The notes under the pieces are model-generated. The model was given only the letters and a program-made list of their open reading frames with translations, was not told where the DNA came from and ran no database searches. From a virus (taxonomy: Duplodnaviria; Caudoviricetes), in the IMG/VR virus record IMGVR_UViG_3300027563_000002, positions 46,041-110,040 of that record: a stretch of DNA of 64,000 nucleotides. One strand, written 5' to 3'. Shown here piece after piece: positions 1 through 9,047 of this stretch; within the stretch, counting starts at the first letter, position 1; each line of letters begins with the position of its first letter. Both the position numbers and the translations under genes were made by a program.

Positions 1-952
1 TCACGGTGAGTAGCACAGCCCATTCCAACTTTGATGTTCCTAAAAAGTGCATCCAATCATGTACGCCTTGCTGTAACAGATTGTCATAACGAAGTGCAAC
101 CAGTCGAGTCAGTATCAATTGCACATCACACATGTTCTGACCACCCATGGCCCAGCCGTCAAAGTGTGTGGCAGGATAAACCGCAGGATCACAAAACTCT
201 TTCATTTCCTGATACCATGCCTCGGCACTGGCATGACCATCACCTTGCAACACATTCAAGAACCGTGCGCCACCTTCTTTGGCACCTCGACGGTGTGCCA
301 TAAAATACAAGTTGTTGTATTTGGTTGCTGCAACAGCTTCATCCAATGTAGTAACACCGCAGGCTTTGCTGGCTTTTTTATCATGTATGACCCAGGTAGG
401 AATATCAAGAATCATTCCATAGTCTGCAATGCTGTCTAACCAACGCAACACTGCATCACGTTTTTTCTGGGCAGCATCCAACAACTTTTGATAGTCAGCA
501 GCTGGATCTTTTTTGATTTTTTTACCTTTGGCATTGACCGTTTCGGTTGGGCCTTGCGCAATCAATGCAGCCATTTTGTCTTGCACTCCCTGACTGGTTG
601 GATCACGCCATTCACCTTCCCACAAGCCTTTGGCAATTTGGAATCCACCAGAGTCACCCAGCATGAACGTGCCTGGCTCACGATTGCGAACCATGTCTTC
701 TGACCAGTCTGGCTTGTTTAGGTCTAAGTTGGCATGCCCAGCTGAATACAGGCTCCATCGGTAAGGAAACAATGCCTTTTGACTGTTGAGCCAGTTCATC
801 TGTTCCATGTCAGTTAACCCTTGTGGAAATCTTGCAGGATCCACATACGGCTCGTTGCGTTGCTTGCCCACAAATGTGGCATAGAAACCTGATATGGCCG
901 GCAAGAACACAGCATAGTCAAGTTGTTTGGCGGTTAGATTGTCTTGAGTCAT
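1..952 (-). CDS. TGT-fold guanine transglycosylase, DpdA-like (runs off window edge; absent from ORF track)
   Basis: Hand translation from ATG at 952 (MTQDNLTAKQ...) is open to base 1. It carries TGT-family motifs DSGGFQ (638-655), MILDIP, LNVLQG, GWAMGG and HFLG in the expected order. Confidence 0.8.
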   Translation of the reverse strand, partial: MTQDNLTAKQLDYAVFLPAISGFYATFVGKQRNEPYVDPARFPQGLTDMEQMNWLNSQKALFPYRWSLYSAGHANLDLNKPDWSEDMVRNREPGTFMLGDSGGFQIAKGLWEGEWRDPTSQGVQDKMAALIAQGPTETVNAKGKKIKKDPAADYQKLLDAAQKKRDAVLRWLDSIADYGMILDIPTWVIHDKKASKACGVTTLDEAVAATKYNNLYFMAHRRGAKEGGARFLNVLQGDGHASAEAWYQEMKEFCDPAVYPATHFDGWAMGGQNMCDVQLILTRLVALRYDNLLQQGVHDWMHFLGTSKLEWAVLLTV

Positions 953-1683
953 GTTTGGTAGAAGTTTACTGTGTTAAACAATTTATAGTCTTTTTTATAA
1001 AAACTTTGAAGTTTATGAAAATAATCTGGATTGCCCACGAGTCTTTCATTGATACGGTTTACAATATTTTGTGCGGGCAGAATTTTTTTAGTAATATTAA
1101 ACACATTGTCAGGATCTTGGTCGCTTGTTGTGATCTTAAATGGTGTACCAGTAAACTGTTCCATTATTGTTCCATAATTTTTGGCCAATGTGTGATCACA
1201 CCGTAACCAGATGATCTTGGAATGATCAATACCTTTGATAAATTTACATTGTGGTCGTGTGTGACCATCAAAAACCACAGTGTCAAATATCATATCCCAA
1301 TCAACGTTGTTTATGTGCAGTGGATGGCTTGAATCACCATCATATCCTTGCAGATATTGTGCAAGTCCGGTTATCCATCGATTGATAGGATCTCTAAGTA
1401 TCACAACATACCGGGCATTTTGTAGAGCGGTGTTCAAAGTTGAAACATCAATATCATACACTGTTTCATTATTTTCGCTGAATTTTTGTGTATGGTGGTT
1501 AAAAAAAAATCCCGGTGTATGCTGCTTGATCCAGCTGCTGGCATTTTTGGGAATATTAACCCAAATCAAACATCTCAATGGATCGGGTCTAACAACGCAA
1601 TAGCTGTGCCCATGCTCGGTTGGCATGGACCATGTTGGATCAACATAGTCGACAAATCTAGATGCTTTTGATTTTTTAGACAT
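949..1683 (-). CDS. Sulfotransferase family protein
   Basis: IPKNASS (5'-PSB-like) and ILRDPINRW (3'-PB-like) motifs. Start moved to ATG 1683 to avoid overlap with the clamp gene. Confidence 0.65.
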   Translation of the reverse strand: MSKKSKASRFVDYVDPTWSMPTEHGHSYCVVRPDPLRCLIWVNIPKNASSWIKQHTPGFFFNHHTQKFSENNETVYDIDVSTLNTALQNARYVVILRDPINRWITGLAQYLQGYDGDSSHPLHINNVDWDMIFDTVVFDGHTRPQCKFIKGIDHSKIIWLRCDHTLAKNYGTIMEQFTGTPFKITTSDQDPDNVFNITKKILPAQNIVNRINERLVGNPDYFHKLQSFYKKDYKLFNTVNFYQT

Positions 1684-1684
1684 C

Positions 1685-2407
1685 TCACTTGCTTTGTGCC
1701 AACAAGATGTAGTTGTAAACAGCAATACCAGAATCCACTGTGATCATAGCAGCACCATCATCACTGACGCGAACAGTTTTATCTCCGGTTGATTCCAAGA
1801 TAGCCATAAACTGTGTGGCTGGCCACGACCAGGTGCGTTTCAATTGACCATTTGCGCCTGCATGGAACACAAAATTACCAGCATGTGTGCTATGATCACC
1901 AAAGAGAAACTTCAAGTCACCGTTTTCGGTCCGAGCCTGGAAGTTGGGAGTTTCTGCATTGGCCTGTGCCTGCATACGCAATCTTTGAATAGCAACCACA
2001 GTGGGTTCAAATTCAATGTGCCAGGTCACACCTTTGAACTTGGGTGTTTTGAGTTTGTCGTTCACAATCTCTGCTGTCATGAAACGATATGTGTTACGAA
2101 AGTCTCCCCCAACATTTTCAAACTCAATACCATCTGGAGCACCGGTGGCCTTCTTGGTCAATTTTAACTTGGCATTTTCCTTGTACTCTTGCAGGTTCAA
2201 CAAGATTTTTAACTTGTTCAAGTTGGGCATGCCAAATGTGCCCACAAAGTCTGGATGTGGATTTTTGAATTCGCCTTCCAGTACCACACTCAAATCTTCT
2301 GCCACGCCCACAATGCTTGTGGCTTTGTCGTTGCCGGTGATCTTGACAAGGTCAATGCAACCAAGATCGTGTGTGTGTTCTACCAAGTCTTTAAGATAAT
2401 CTCTCAT
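1685..2407 (-). CDS. DNA polymerase sliding clamp (gp45-like)
   Basis: 240 aa alpha/beta protein near PolB; a clamp loader is also in the window; GGAG RBS upstream. Confidence 0.6.
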   Translation of the reverse strand: MRDYLKDLVEHTHDLGCIDLVKITGNDKATSIVGVAEDLSVVLEGEFKNPHPDFVGTFGMPNLNKLKILLNLQEYKENAKLKLTKKATGAPDGIEFENVGGDFRNTYRFMTAEIVNDKLKTPKFKGVTWHIEFEPTVVAIQRLRMQAQANAETPNFQARTENGDLKFLFGDHSTHAGNFVFHAGANGQLKRTWSWPATQFMAILESTGDKTVRVSDDGAAMITVDSGIAVYNYILLAQSK

Positions 2408-2442
2408 GTTTACTCCTATGTTGTATGATTATATAGATTTTT

Positions 2443-3381
2443 TTACTGATATGCAACTATTTTGGCCAACACCTGGGCGGCTCGAATACTGGTCAATTCG
2501 CCCGAACGTCGCAGACCTATCCAGTGTAGATCACCATGATCATTGTGTTGTTCTACAATTTCAAATCCAATGCTTTGAGCATGACGCAAAATCATGTGTC
2601 CAGGGGTATAGCACATGAAATTTTTTTCTGCCAAAGCCACATTATGTGCCCAGTCACAGTCATTAAAGGTCATGATCAGCACACCCCCTGGTCTAAGTTT
2701 GTTTATCAACTCATTGAGATATTTTTTAATTATATTCAAGGGTTTGAAATTGAAATAGTTGTAGGCCAACACAAATCCAAATTGATTGTCTGCAAACTCA
2801 TGCATGATGGTACCACCTTGCCAATCATTCACAGCATAGCAACGCAGTCGTCGTTGATATGCAGGATGAAATCTTGCCACACAAGGTTCTAGCAATGCCA
2901 AATTGCTATCAACTAGATAAAGAGGATCCAGAGCTACCAAATCGTCAATCAATTTTTCTTGTGCTGGTCGAAATATTAGGCCAGGCCAGCGCCAGTCGGC
3001 CAGGCCACGACATCGACTCATCAAAACATCATAACATTTAGAGTTAGAAATCAATTGCCTGTTCAACACATGTTCATTGCCTTCCAGTCGCATCTCGTTT
3101 TGCCAAAAATTTTCACTTTGAGCCAGCAGCTCAGTTTCTCGCTGAGCAATGGTCTGAGTCAGCAATGTCTGCAGATTGGCCATGCCATGATCAAATTCGG
3201 CCAGACTGCGATGCACAGTTGACAATTTGTTGTCTAAATCTTCCAGATGCTCTGCAAATCTCAATGAATTTTCTTTGATGTGATGGACAAATCCGTCAAT
3301 ATATCTTTTGGTTTCGTTGCTGTGCCCAACATCAAACTGTTGCACTAGATTTTTGAGATGAACAATATCACTCAGTTTCAT
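2443..3381 (-). CDS. Coiled-coil plus class I SAM methyltransferase-like protein
   Basis: FGFVLAYNYFNF and LRPGGVLIMTF resemble class I MTase motifs. Confidence 0.55.
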   Translation of the reverse strand: MKLSDIVHLKNLVQQFDVGHSNETKRYIDGFVHHIKENSLRFAEHLEDLDNKLSTVHRSLAEFDHGMANLQTLLTQTIAQRETELLAQSENFWQNEMRLEGNEHVLNRQLISNSKCYDVLMSRCRGLADWRWPGLIFRPAQEKLIDDLVALDPLYLVDSNLALLEPCVARFHPAYQRRLRCYAVNDWQGGTIMHEFADNQFGFVLAYNYFNFKPLNIIKKYLNELINKLRPGGVLIMTFNDCDWAHNVALAEKNFMCYTPGHMILRHAQSIGFEIVEQHNDHGDLHWIGLRRSGELTSIRAAQVLAKIVAYQ

Positions 3382-6038
3382 TCAAAAGAAAATAAAGAAT
3401 TAAAAGTGTTTTCAGTATTGGTAGCTGAGGCCAAGTCCCAATCCAACACTCCCAACAAGTTGTCAATCTTTTGATCCACCACTGTGGCCTCCATCTCTGC
3501 GTCGTCAAACGGCAAGTCCTTGAACCACTGTGGCAAGTGCATCTCGTCTGTGGGATAGCCAATGCTGGTCCAGCCCAAGGCATTGCTTCTTAACTTGCAC
3601 ACAATGGTCTTCATGCCGTCCACAATCTGCATTGAGTAGTTGTCCGAATTCATTCGTCTCAAGTTGTTCCAGTTCAAGGCCGCCCGTACATGCCCAGGCA
3701 TGTTGGCTTTGCCCAGGCGTTCTTCTTCCCGACCGTACTTGGTCAAGTTGTTCACACGCTTGGGAGAGCCTTTTTCCCAGCCCGGCCGTTCTTTGAATTC
3801 ATACTTGAACTCGCGCACACGTTCAATGATTTCATCGCGACCAGCGCCGGCCAGTGCTTTATTTAGAATTTCCAACAGAAAGTCTTGAATAACTTTGGGT
3901 GTGTCACTGCGTTTTAGATCCAGGCCAGTGGCCTTGGTCTTGCCGATTGCTCCGTTCACATCCAGGCGCTTGTTTTCAATATCAATGGCGTTGACAGCAT
4001 AGCGTTTTTTGGTGATGAACAAGCCACGGTCTGCCACAGTTTCACGACCGGCCTTGATCAATTCGCCCATGTCTCTGGGACAATGAAAAGCACGTTCCAT
4101 AAAGCTCGGAAATGATTCATTCACTTGGTCAGCAATTGAGTCGTACAGCTGGATGCAAATTTCTTTTGACCATGCCATACGACCTTCGGCAACTTCCTGC
4201 TTGAGCACAGGCCAGGCACTGAAGTAGCATGAGTCTGTGTCACCATAGATAACTGCCTTGCCCATATGATCATACTCACCTGTGATGCATTCATTCAGGT
4301 ATGCATCCATGTGCCGGGCAATGCTGCGGCCTGTCAGTGTTGTGCTCTGTCCAATGCGCTTGTCAAAAAATCTGCAGCCAGAATTGAGAATGGCGCCATA
4401 CAGACTGTTCAAGTTAATCTTCTTGACCAGTTGACGTTTGTCCCAGAACGCAATCTCTTTGGCATCCCGGGCATCTTTCTTCTTGGCCTGTAATTCTTGA
4501 CGTTCACGATACCAACGTTCCAGCAGACCTGGAATCACACCTTTCTTTTCGTATGTGAATATGGTTCCATTGGCGCTCAAAATCCAAGGTTGATTAGAGT
4601 CAAACAACATGTACCAAATTTCAGCGCCTGAGTGTACAGTCTCTTCACCTGACTGCCAGTCTATGGTGATCTCTGTGCCACGTTGCTGTTCCATCACTGC
4701 TGTGTATTCCAAACTGGCAAACACACCTTCCCAGGCCGCTGCAAATGAATCACCCCGAGCCATTTTATCTTTGATGTATCGATCAGTCATCACAGGACGC
4801 AGTTGACCAATGATGGTTTCTGGACCCATGTTCAAGGCACGAATCGCTGATGGATACAGACTGTTGATGTCCACTGATCCCACCCACTCGTGCATGCCCT
4901 TGCGTGGATATGCCACATAAGCACCTGCGGCCTGTGTGTCCTCGTCGGTGAGTCGTTGTTGACGATTGGGCACAACCATGCCGCGTTCGTGTGCTTCGTT
5001 GATGATGGCCTGTTCGGTCACGGCCACAGCACCCATGGTGGTGGCCAACAACACAGTATTGGCATGCGCCAGTTCGCTGGCCAGTTCCAGGAAGCGCAGT
5101 TTTTTGTCCAGTTTGTCCAGCAACAAGGTATCTTGCCTGTTGTATTCGATAAAGGTCCTGAAGTATTGGTTGTACAACTGATCCAGTGTGCCTTCAAACT
5201 GTGTCTTGCGCTCACTCAGTTCGTACTCGGCAATGGCATCCAGGCTGTAGCTATGTCGTTCTTCATAGGTGTATTTGCGATACAGTTGCATATAGTCCAT
5301 ATGCACACGACCCACCAGGTCATAGGTTTCGTTTTCAGCACCAAAACGTTCAAACACACGCTTCTTGGGAAACTGCCCCCATAAACAAAATCTGCGTGTG
5401 TCGTCTTTGCTGAGCACTCGAGTGATACGATTCACTGTGTAGGGTATGTCATAGCCTTCTGAGTTCCAACCGCTCAAGATATCTGCATCTTCGATCAGAT
5501 CCAAGAACATCTTCAACATTTCTGTTTCGGATTCACACAGCACAGTGTTCTCAAATTCTCCACAGATCTCACGAGCAGTCTGCTCACTCATATGGCGCGG
5601 CGCCACCACCAGTGTGACCAATTGCTCCAACCAATTCAAATATACCGATATGGCAGTGATGGGATTGAAAGGATCTGACACAGGCGAAAATCCACGCACT
5701 GAATCGAATGCAACTTCAATGTCAAAGAATGCTGTGTGCAAGGTGGGGGCATCTTGGTCCTTGTAGTTTTCTTCAAAGCAACGGAATATGGGATTGATAT
5801 CCGATTCGTAGATCTGTCGACCGCTTTGTGCTCGAACTTCCTTGCGGAACTCTTTGTTGTTGCGTGATGAAAATCTTGACACAGGTGTGCCGTAGATGCT
5901 TTGGAACTTGCCTCGGGGGTCGTCGTAGTAGAACACATAATTGGCAGGATACTCCCGATACTGCCTTTGGCCGTCGCGGCGTTCTACCACGTGAATGCGA
6001 TCATGCTCACGATCAAATAGTGCGTCAATATAACTCAA
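3378..6038 (-). CDS. polB: Family B DNA polymerase (gp43-like)
   Basis: Exo motifs FFDIE, GWNSEGYD, YNRQD; pol motifs DINSLYPS, KINLNSLYG, YGDTDS, KKRY; TTG start. Confidence 0.97.
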   Translation of the reverse strand: MSYIDALFDREHDRIHVVERRDGQRQYREYPANYVFYYDDPRGKFQSIYGTPVSRFSSRNNKEFRKEVRAQSGRQIYESDINPIFRCFEENYKDQDAPTLHTAFFDIEVAFDSVRGFSPVSDPFNPITAISVYLNWLEQLVTLVVAPRHMSEQTAREICGEFENTVLCESETEMLKMFLDLIEDADILSGWNSEGYDIPYTVNRITRVLSKDDTRRFCLWGQFPKKRVFERFGAENETYDLVGRVHMDYMQLYRKYTYEERHSYSLDAIAEYELSERKTQFEGTLDQLYNQYFRTFIEYNRQDTLLLDKLDKKLRFLELASELAHANTVLLATTMGAVAVTEQAIINEAHERGMVVPNRQQRLTDEDTQAAGAYVAYPRKGMHEWVGSVDINSLYPSAIRALNMGPETIIGQLRPVMTDRYIKDKMARGDSFAAAWEGVFASLEYTAVMEQQRGTEITIDWQSGEETVHSGAEIWYMLFDSNQPWILSANGTIFTYEKKGVIPGLLERWYRERQELQAKKKDARDAKEIAFWDKRQLVKKINLNSLYGAILNSGCRFFDKRIGQSTTLTGRSIARHMDAYLNECITGEYDHMGKAVIYGDTDSCYFSAWPVLKQEVAEGRMAWSKEICIQLYDSIADQVNESFPSFMERAFHCPRDMGELIKAGRETVADRGLFITKKRYAVNAIDIENKRLDVNGAIGKTKATGLDLKRSDTPKVIQDFLLEILNKALAGAGRDEIIERVREFKYEFKERPGWEKGSPKRVNNLTKYGREEERLGKANMPGHVRAALNWNNLRRMNSDNYSMQIVDGMKTIVCKLRSNALGWTSIGYPTDEMHLPQWFKDLPFDDAEMEATVVDQKIDNLLGVLDWDLASATNTENTFNSLFSFE

Positions 6039-7063
6039 ACAGAAGTTGCCTTTTCAAAAAAATTATCAAAGAAGTTTGCGTTGTTGTACGCAGTTTTCCA
6101 AGATTTCAATAACTGACGATTATGTTGACTTTGATTATACAATGTTTTTGAATCAAAGTCAATGCTGTCCTCAACTAAGATTTGTAATAATTGTTGTTGC
6201 CGTTGTTGCCAAGGCAAATCATCAATTTTGTCAATGGCCGAATCAAACTCAAACCCAAGTGCTCGCAATTTGGCTATCCCATGTTTTTGTAAAAACAATA
6301 AAGATATGGTTGGAAATTGTATTGAGCGCAGAGATTTTTCAGTAAAGCACCACCGATTGGTATCATCTTCGAGCGCATAAGTTTCAAGCACCAGTGAGTA
6401 TTTAGAATCCAGTATCAACGGTGATAGATTGTGAATTTCAGTAAAATTTCTGTAAGGAACAATGGATCGAAGTTCTTGGTAGGCTTTTTCAAAATGGGGT
6501 AACTGATCAAGTTGATATTTGTAATGTATAAAATCAAACAACTCTGTACCGGTCAGATTGCTATAATCAGACAGTTGCTTCATCAGAACACTCACATACC
6601 CTTTGTCTAGTAGATTGTGATGATGTAAAAAATAAAACCAACTTTGTCTTGTTGAGCATACACGTTGTATGAAACAGTTGTATAATTTTGAAGGGGGTGA
6701 CACAATATCAATATTGTCACTGTATGACGCATGTATGCCTAACAGTTTAGGGTAACTAAAAAACTCAATACATGACAAGTTATTAAATTCAATAATGCTA
6801 TCAGTAACAACCAATACTTTCTTACCATGCTGATGGCAGTGTTGATTTATGTTTTTCCAATGTTCATAATTGCCAATTATATCAGACAGCACCATGTACA
6901 CAATCACTGTGCTGTTGATATGTTGTACGTTGGTAGGTGATAGATTGAGAGTAAACTTTATTTTATTTTTATCACAAAATTCTTTTATGTGATTGTATAG
7001 TTTAGCCCGTTGATCACGACAATTATGTTGATCAACACTGTCAATTTCTAATTGATTAAACAA
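6035..7063 (-). CDS. AT-rich hypothetical protein, possible glycosyltransferase-like
   Basis: 342 aa ORF with SLVLET...FTEKS motif; TTG start after GGAG. Confidence 0.5.
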   Translation of the reverse strand: MFNQLEIDSVDQHNCRDQRAKLYNHIKEFCDKNKIKFTLNLSPTNVQHINSTVIVYMVLSDIIGNYEHWKNINQHCHQHGKKVLVVTDSIIEFNNLSCIEFFSYPKLLGIHASYSDNIDIVSPPSKLYNCFIQRVCSTRQSWFYFLHHHNLLDKGYVSVLMKQLSDYSNLTGTELFDFIHYKYQLDQLPHFEKAYQELRSIVPYRNFTEIHNLSPLILDSKYSLVLETYALEDDTNRWCFTEKSLRSIQFPTISLLFLQKHGIAKLRALGFEFDSAIDKIDDLPWQQRQQQLLQILVEDSIDFDSKTLYNQSQHNRQLLKSWKTAYNNANFFDNFFEKATSV

Positions 7064-7132
7064 ATCTTTCTCCGTTTGTGACCGGTGCGGTCTTGATACA
7101 TGCTGCTTAAGGCAGCGACTCTTTGCTATTTA
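7064..7132 (-). promoter_or_regulatory. Structured leader: TAAATA box, two hairpins and RBS
   Basis: Minus strand reads TAAATA (7132-7127), GCTGC-CTTAA-GCAGC, GACCG-CAC-CGGTC, GGAG, then TTG. Confidence 0.5.
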
Positions 7133-7137
7133 CATCG

Positions 7138-8214
7138 TTAATTTGGATTATCTAAAATTCCATGAAACCAAACACCAGGTAATTTTTGCACGGCAAGGAT
7201 TTTTTCCTTAGCTAGTGCGTAATCTGGATGTGATGAATCAAACACATTGTGTTCATTGAATTCTTCTGCAGACCAGGTCCCCCAGTTTGTTACTTTTGCA
7301 TATTCAATTCGATCAACATCATAGCTTTTGCAAAAATCATAAAATTGCTGTATTTCTTGATAGTTACGATTTTGTACCACCATTCTGGTCCTAAAATCAA
7401 ACCCCAATTCGTGTTTTTTGTTTTGTAAAAATTCCATGGCAGAAATCAACTGCTGCCAGGTACCACCTCTTCTGACCACTTGATAAGTTTCTGCGGTAGC
7501 GGCATCAATTGAAATTACCACGTGTTGTATAGCTGATTCTAAATGGGATATTCTGTGCCAATTTTTTTTTGCCAACAACCCGTTTGATTGTATGCATAGT
7601 TGAAAATTTGGCAAACGATTTAAATCAATTGTAGACAACAGATTTATCAGCAATGGGCTGGCAAATACTTCTCCAGAGCCACTGGTATGCACTACAATTT
7701 TTTTATCAGTTGGCTGAGAAAATAAGTTTTCAGTAATTATTTTACCTAATCGTTCTTGTTTTTTGATCTGACCGGGGTTTGGTTTTATAATGCCGGTCCT
7801 GCAACTGGGACAACTGAGATTGCAAACACTATCTCCCTGTATAGATATCCAATGCGGGATTTCAAACAAGTTAGAATCAGTAATTAAGTGTTTGACATTG
7901 TCAGGCAAGGTGTCAATGGTATTAAGTTGGTTATTGGCCATAATACCACATTGCTGTTCATTGCAATATTGATAAGAGCCATCAATAATGCTTTGTCTAA
8001 TTCTTTTGGCCATCGGGGACGACAAAATTTCTTCGAGAGTGTTCACGGTCAAATTGCCAACAGTTGATGGCATCCAACCACCGCATCCACAGAGCCTAAC
8101 TTCGCCATTGAGTCCAACTTCGATCATTGTAAACGGAGATAGACAATACTGCCCCAACAAGGCCTTGTTGGGGAAGATTCCTGAACGTGCCTGGCGTATT
8201 GGAATTGTGGTCAA
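7138..8214 (-). CDS. Radical SAM protein with N-terminal SPASM/twitch domain
   Basis: CNLSCPSC (CxxxCxxC), SGE, SIDAA; N-terminal CLSPF..VRLCGC..C..C. Confidence 0.88.
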   Translation of the reverse strand: MTTIPIRQARSGIFPNKALLGQYCLSPFTMIEVGLNGEVRLCGCGGWMPSTVGNLTVNTLEEILSSPMAKRIRQSIIDGSYQYCNEQQCGIMANNQLNTIDTLPDNVKHLITDSNLFEIPHWISIQGDSVCNLSCPSCRTGIIKPNPGQIKKQERLGKIITENLFSQPTDKKIVVHTSGSGEVFASPLLINLLSTIDLNRLPNFQLCIQSNGLLAKKNWHRISHLESAIQHVVISIDAATAETYQVVRRGGTWQQLISAMEFLQNKKHELGFDFRTRMVVQNRNYQEIQQFYDFCKSYDVDRIEYAKVTNWGTWSAEEFNEHNVFDSSHPDYALAKEKILAVQKLPGVWFHGILDNPN

Positions 8215-8471
8215 ATAGTCTTGCCTACTGTTTCAAGTATGGTTTCCAACAGCTCTTGATCTTGTTTGGTTTTTCCAAATTCGGCCTTGTGTGCCACACG
8301 AATGGCTTTTTTCAACACAGCCGGTTTGATTTCCAACTCTTCTGCAATGGCCCGGATGGTGTCGGTCAGGCCACCTTGCAAGGTATCAATCTCGTGCATC
8401 ACAGCCATGCCTTCATTGATGATTTGGGTGAGTTTGATCTTTTGGTCGCCGTTAAAAGTTTTAGTATCCAT
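8211..8471 (-). CDS. Small dsDNA-binding protein (T4 DsbA/GapR-like)
   Basis: 86 aa helical protein, EIDTLQ..DTIRAIAEELEIKPAVLKKAIR pattern. Confidence 0.55.
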   Translation of the reverse strand: MDTKTFNGDQKIKLTQIINEGMAVMHEIDTLQGGLTDTIRAIAEELEIKPAVLKKAIRVAHKAEFGKTKQDQELLETILETVGKTI

Positions 8472-8516
8472 ATGGTTCTCCTATAATGTAAATTATACAT
8501 TATGAAAGTTGAAAGG

Positions 8517-8975
8517 TCAAGTGTTTTTGACTTCAAAATTCTGATAGCGCAAATATCCCCATACCATAAACCAAGCAATAATTGGACTCAAGTACCACAT
8601 GCGATACTGATGTCCAGTTTGGGCAAACAGTTGCTCTCTAGAAACTGCACGGCAAGTCCAGTTATCAAACCAAACATCACCGACCTGTGCTACCACATGA
8701 TATTCACCGTTGTGTGTTTGAACTCGGTGCAGTTGATAGCGATGCAAGATCAACACATTCCATACAAACTGCCAGAATCCGCCACACAACAACCACAATA
8801 CCGTGATTGAATAGTCATCACAATCACCCCTCATGACATTGTCTTGACTACGCATAACAAACCAGTAGTCAGTAAAAAAACTTCTGGGATCAGCAGTGTA
8901 TTGGAATTGACTGTTGACTGTAGAAATGGCTTGATCCAGGGTCATAATGTTGATTCTCATTTGATTAATGCTCAC
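8517..8975 (-). CDS. Transglutaminase-like cysteine proteinase (BTLCP/C93-like)
   Basis: GDCDDYS, HVVA, FDN catalytic triad pattern; start uncertain. Confidence 0.7.
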   Translation of the reverse strand: MSINQMRINIMTLDQAISTVNSQFQYTADPRSFFTDYWFVMRSQDNVMRGDCDDYSITVLWLLCGGFWQFVWNVLILHRYQLHRVQTHNGEYHVVAQVGDVWFDNWTCRAVSREQLFAQTGHQYRMWYLSPIIAWFMVWGYLRYQNFEVKNT

Positions 8976-9047
8976 TTCAAGCCTTGCGGTAGCGAATCGC
9001 TCAGCCTGCCCAGCAGCCGGGCCACACGGTCCTAAGGTAGGTGTGAT
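8970..9047 (-). ncRNA. Candidate structured RNA/DNA element
   Basis: GC-rich stretch with adjacent stems CACAC/GTGTG, GCCCGG/CTGGGC and AGCG/CGCT; family not recognised. Confidence 0.3.

Noticed and set aside
31-703. Plus-strand ORFs at the window start
   Set aside because: Overlap the motif-bearing minus-strand TGT-like gene
3378-6038. Intein or intron in PolB
   Set aside because: Continuous 886-aa ORF with normal motif order; no splicing or homing endonuclease motifs seen
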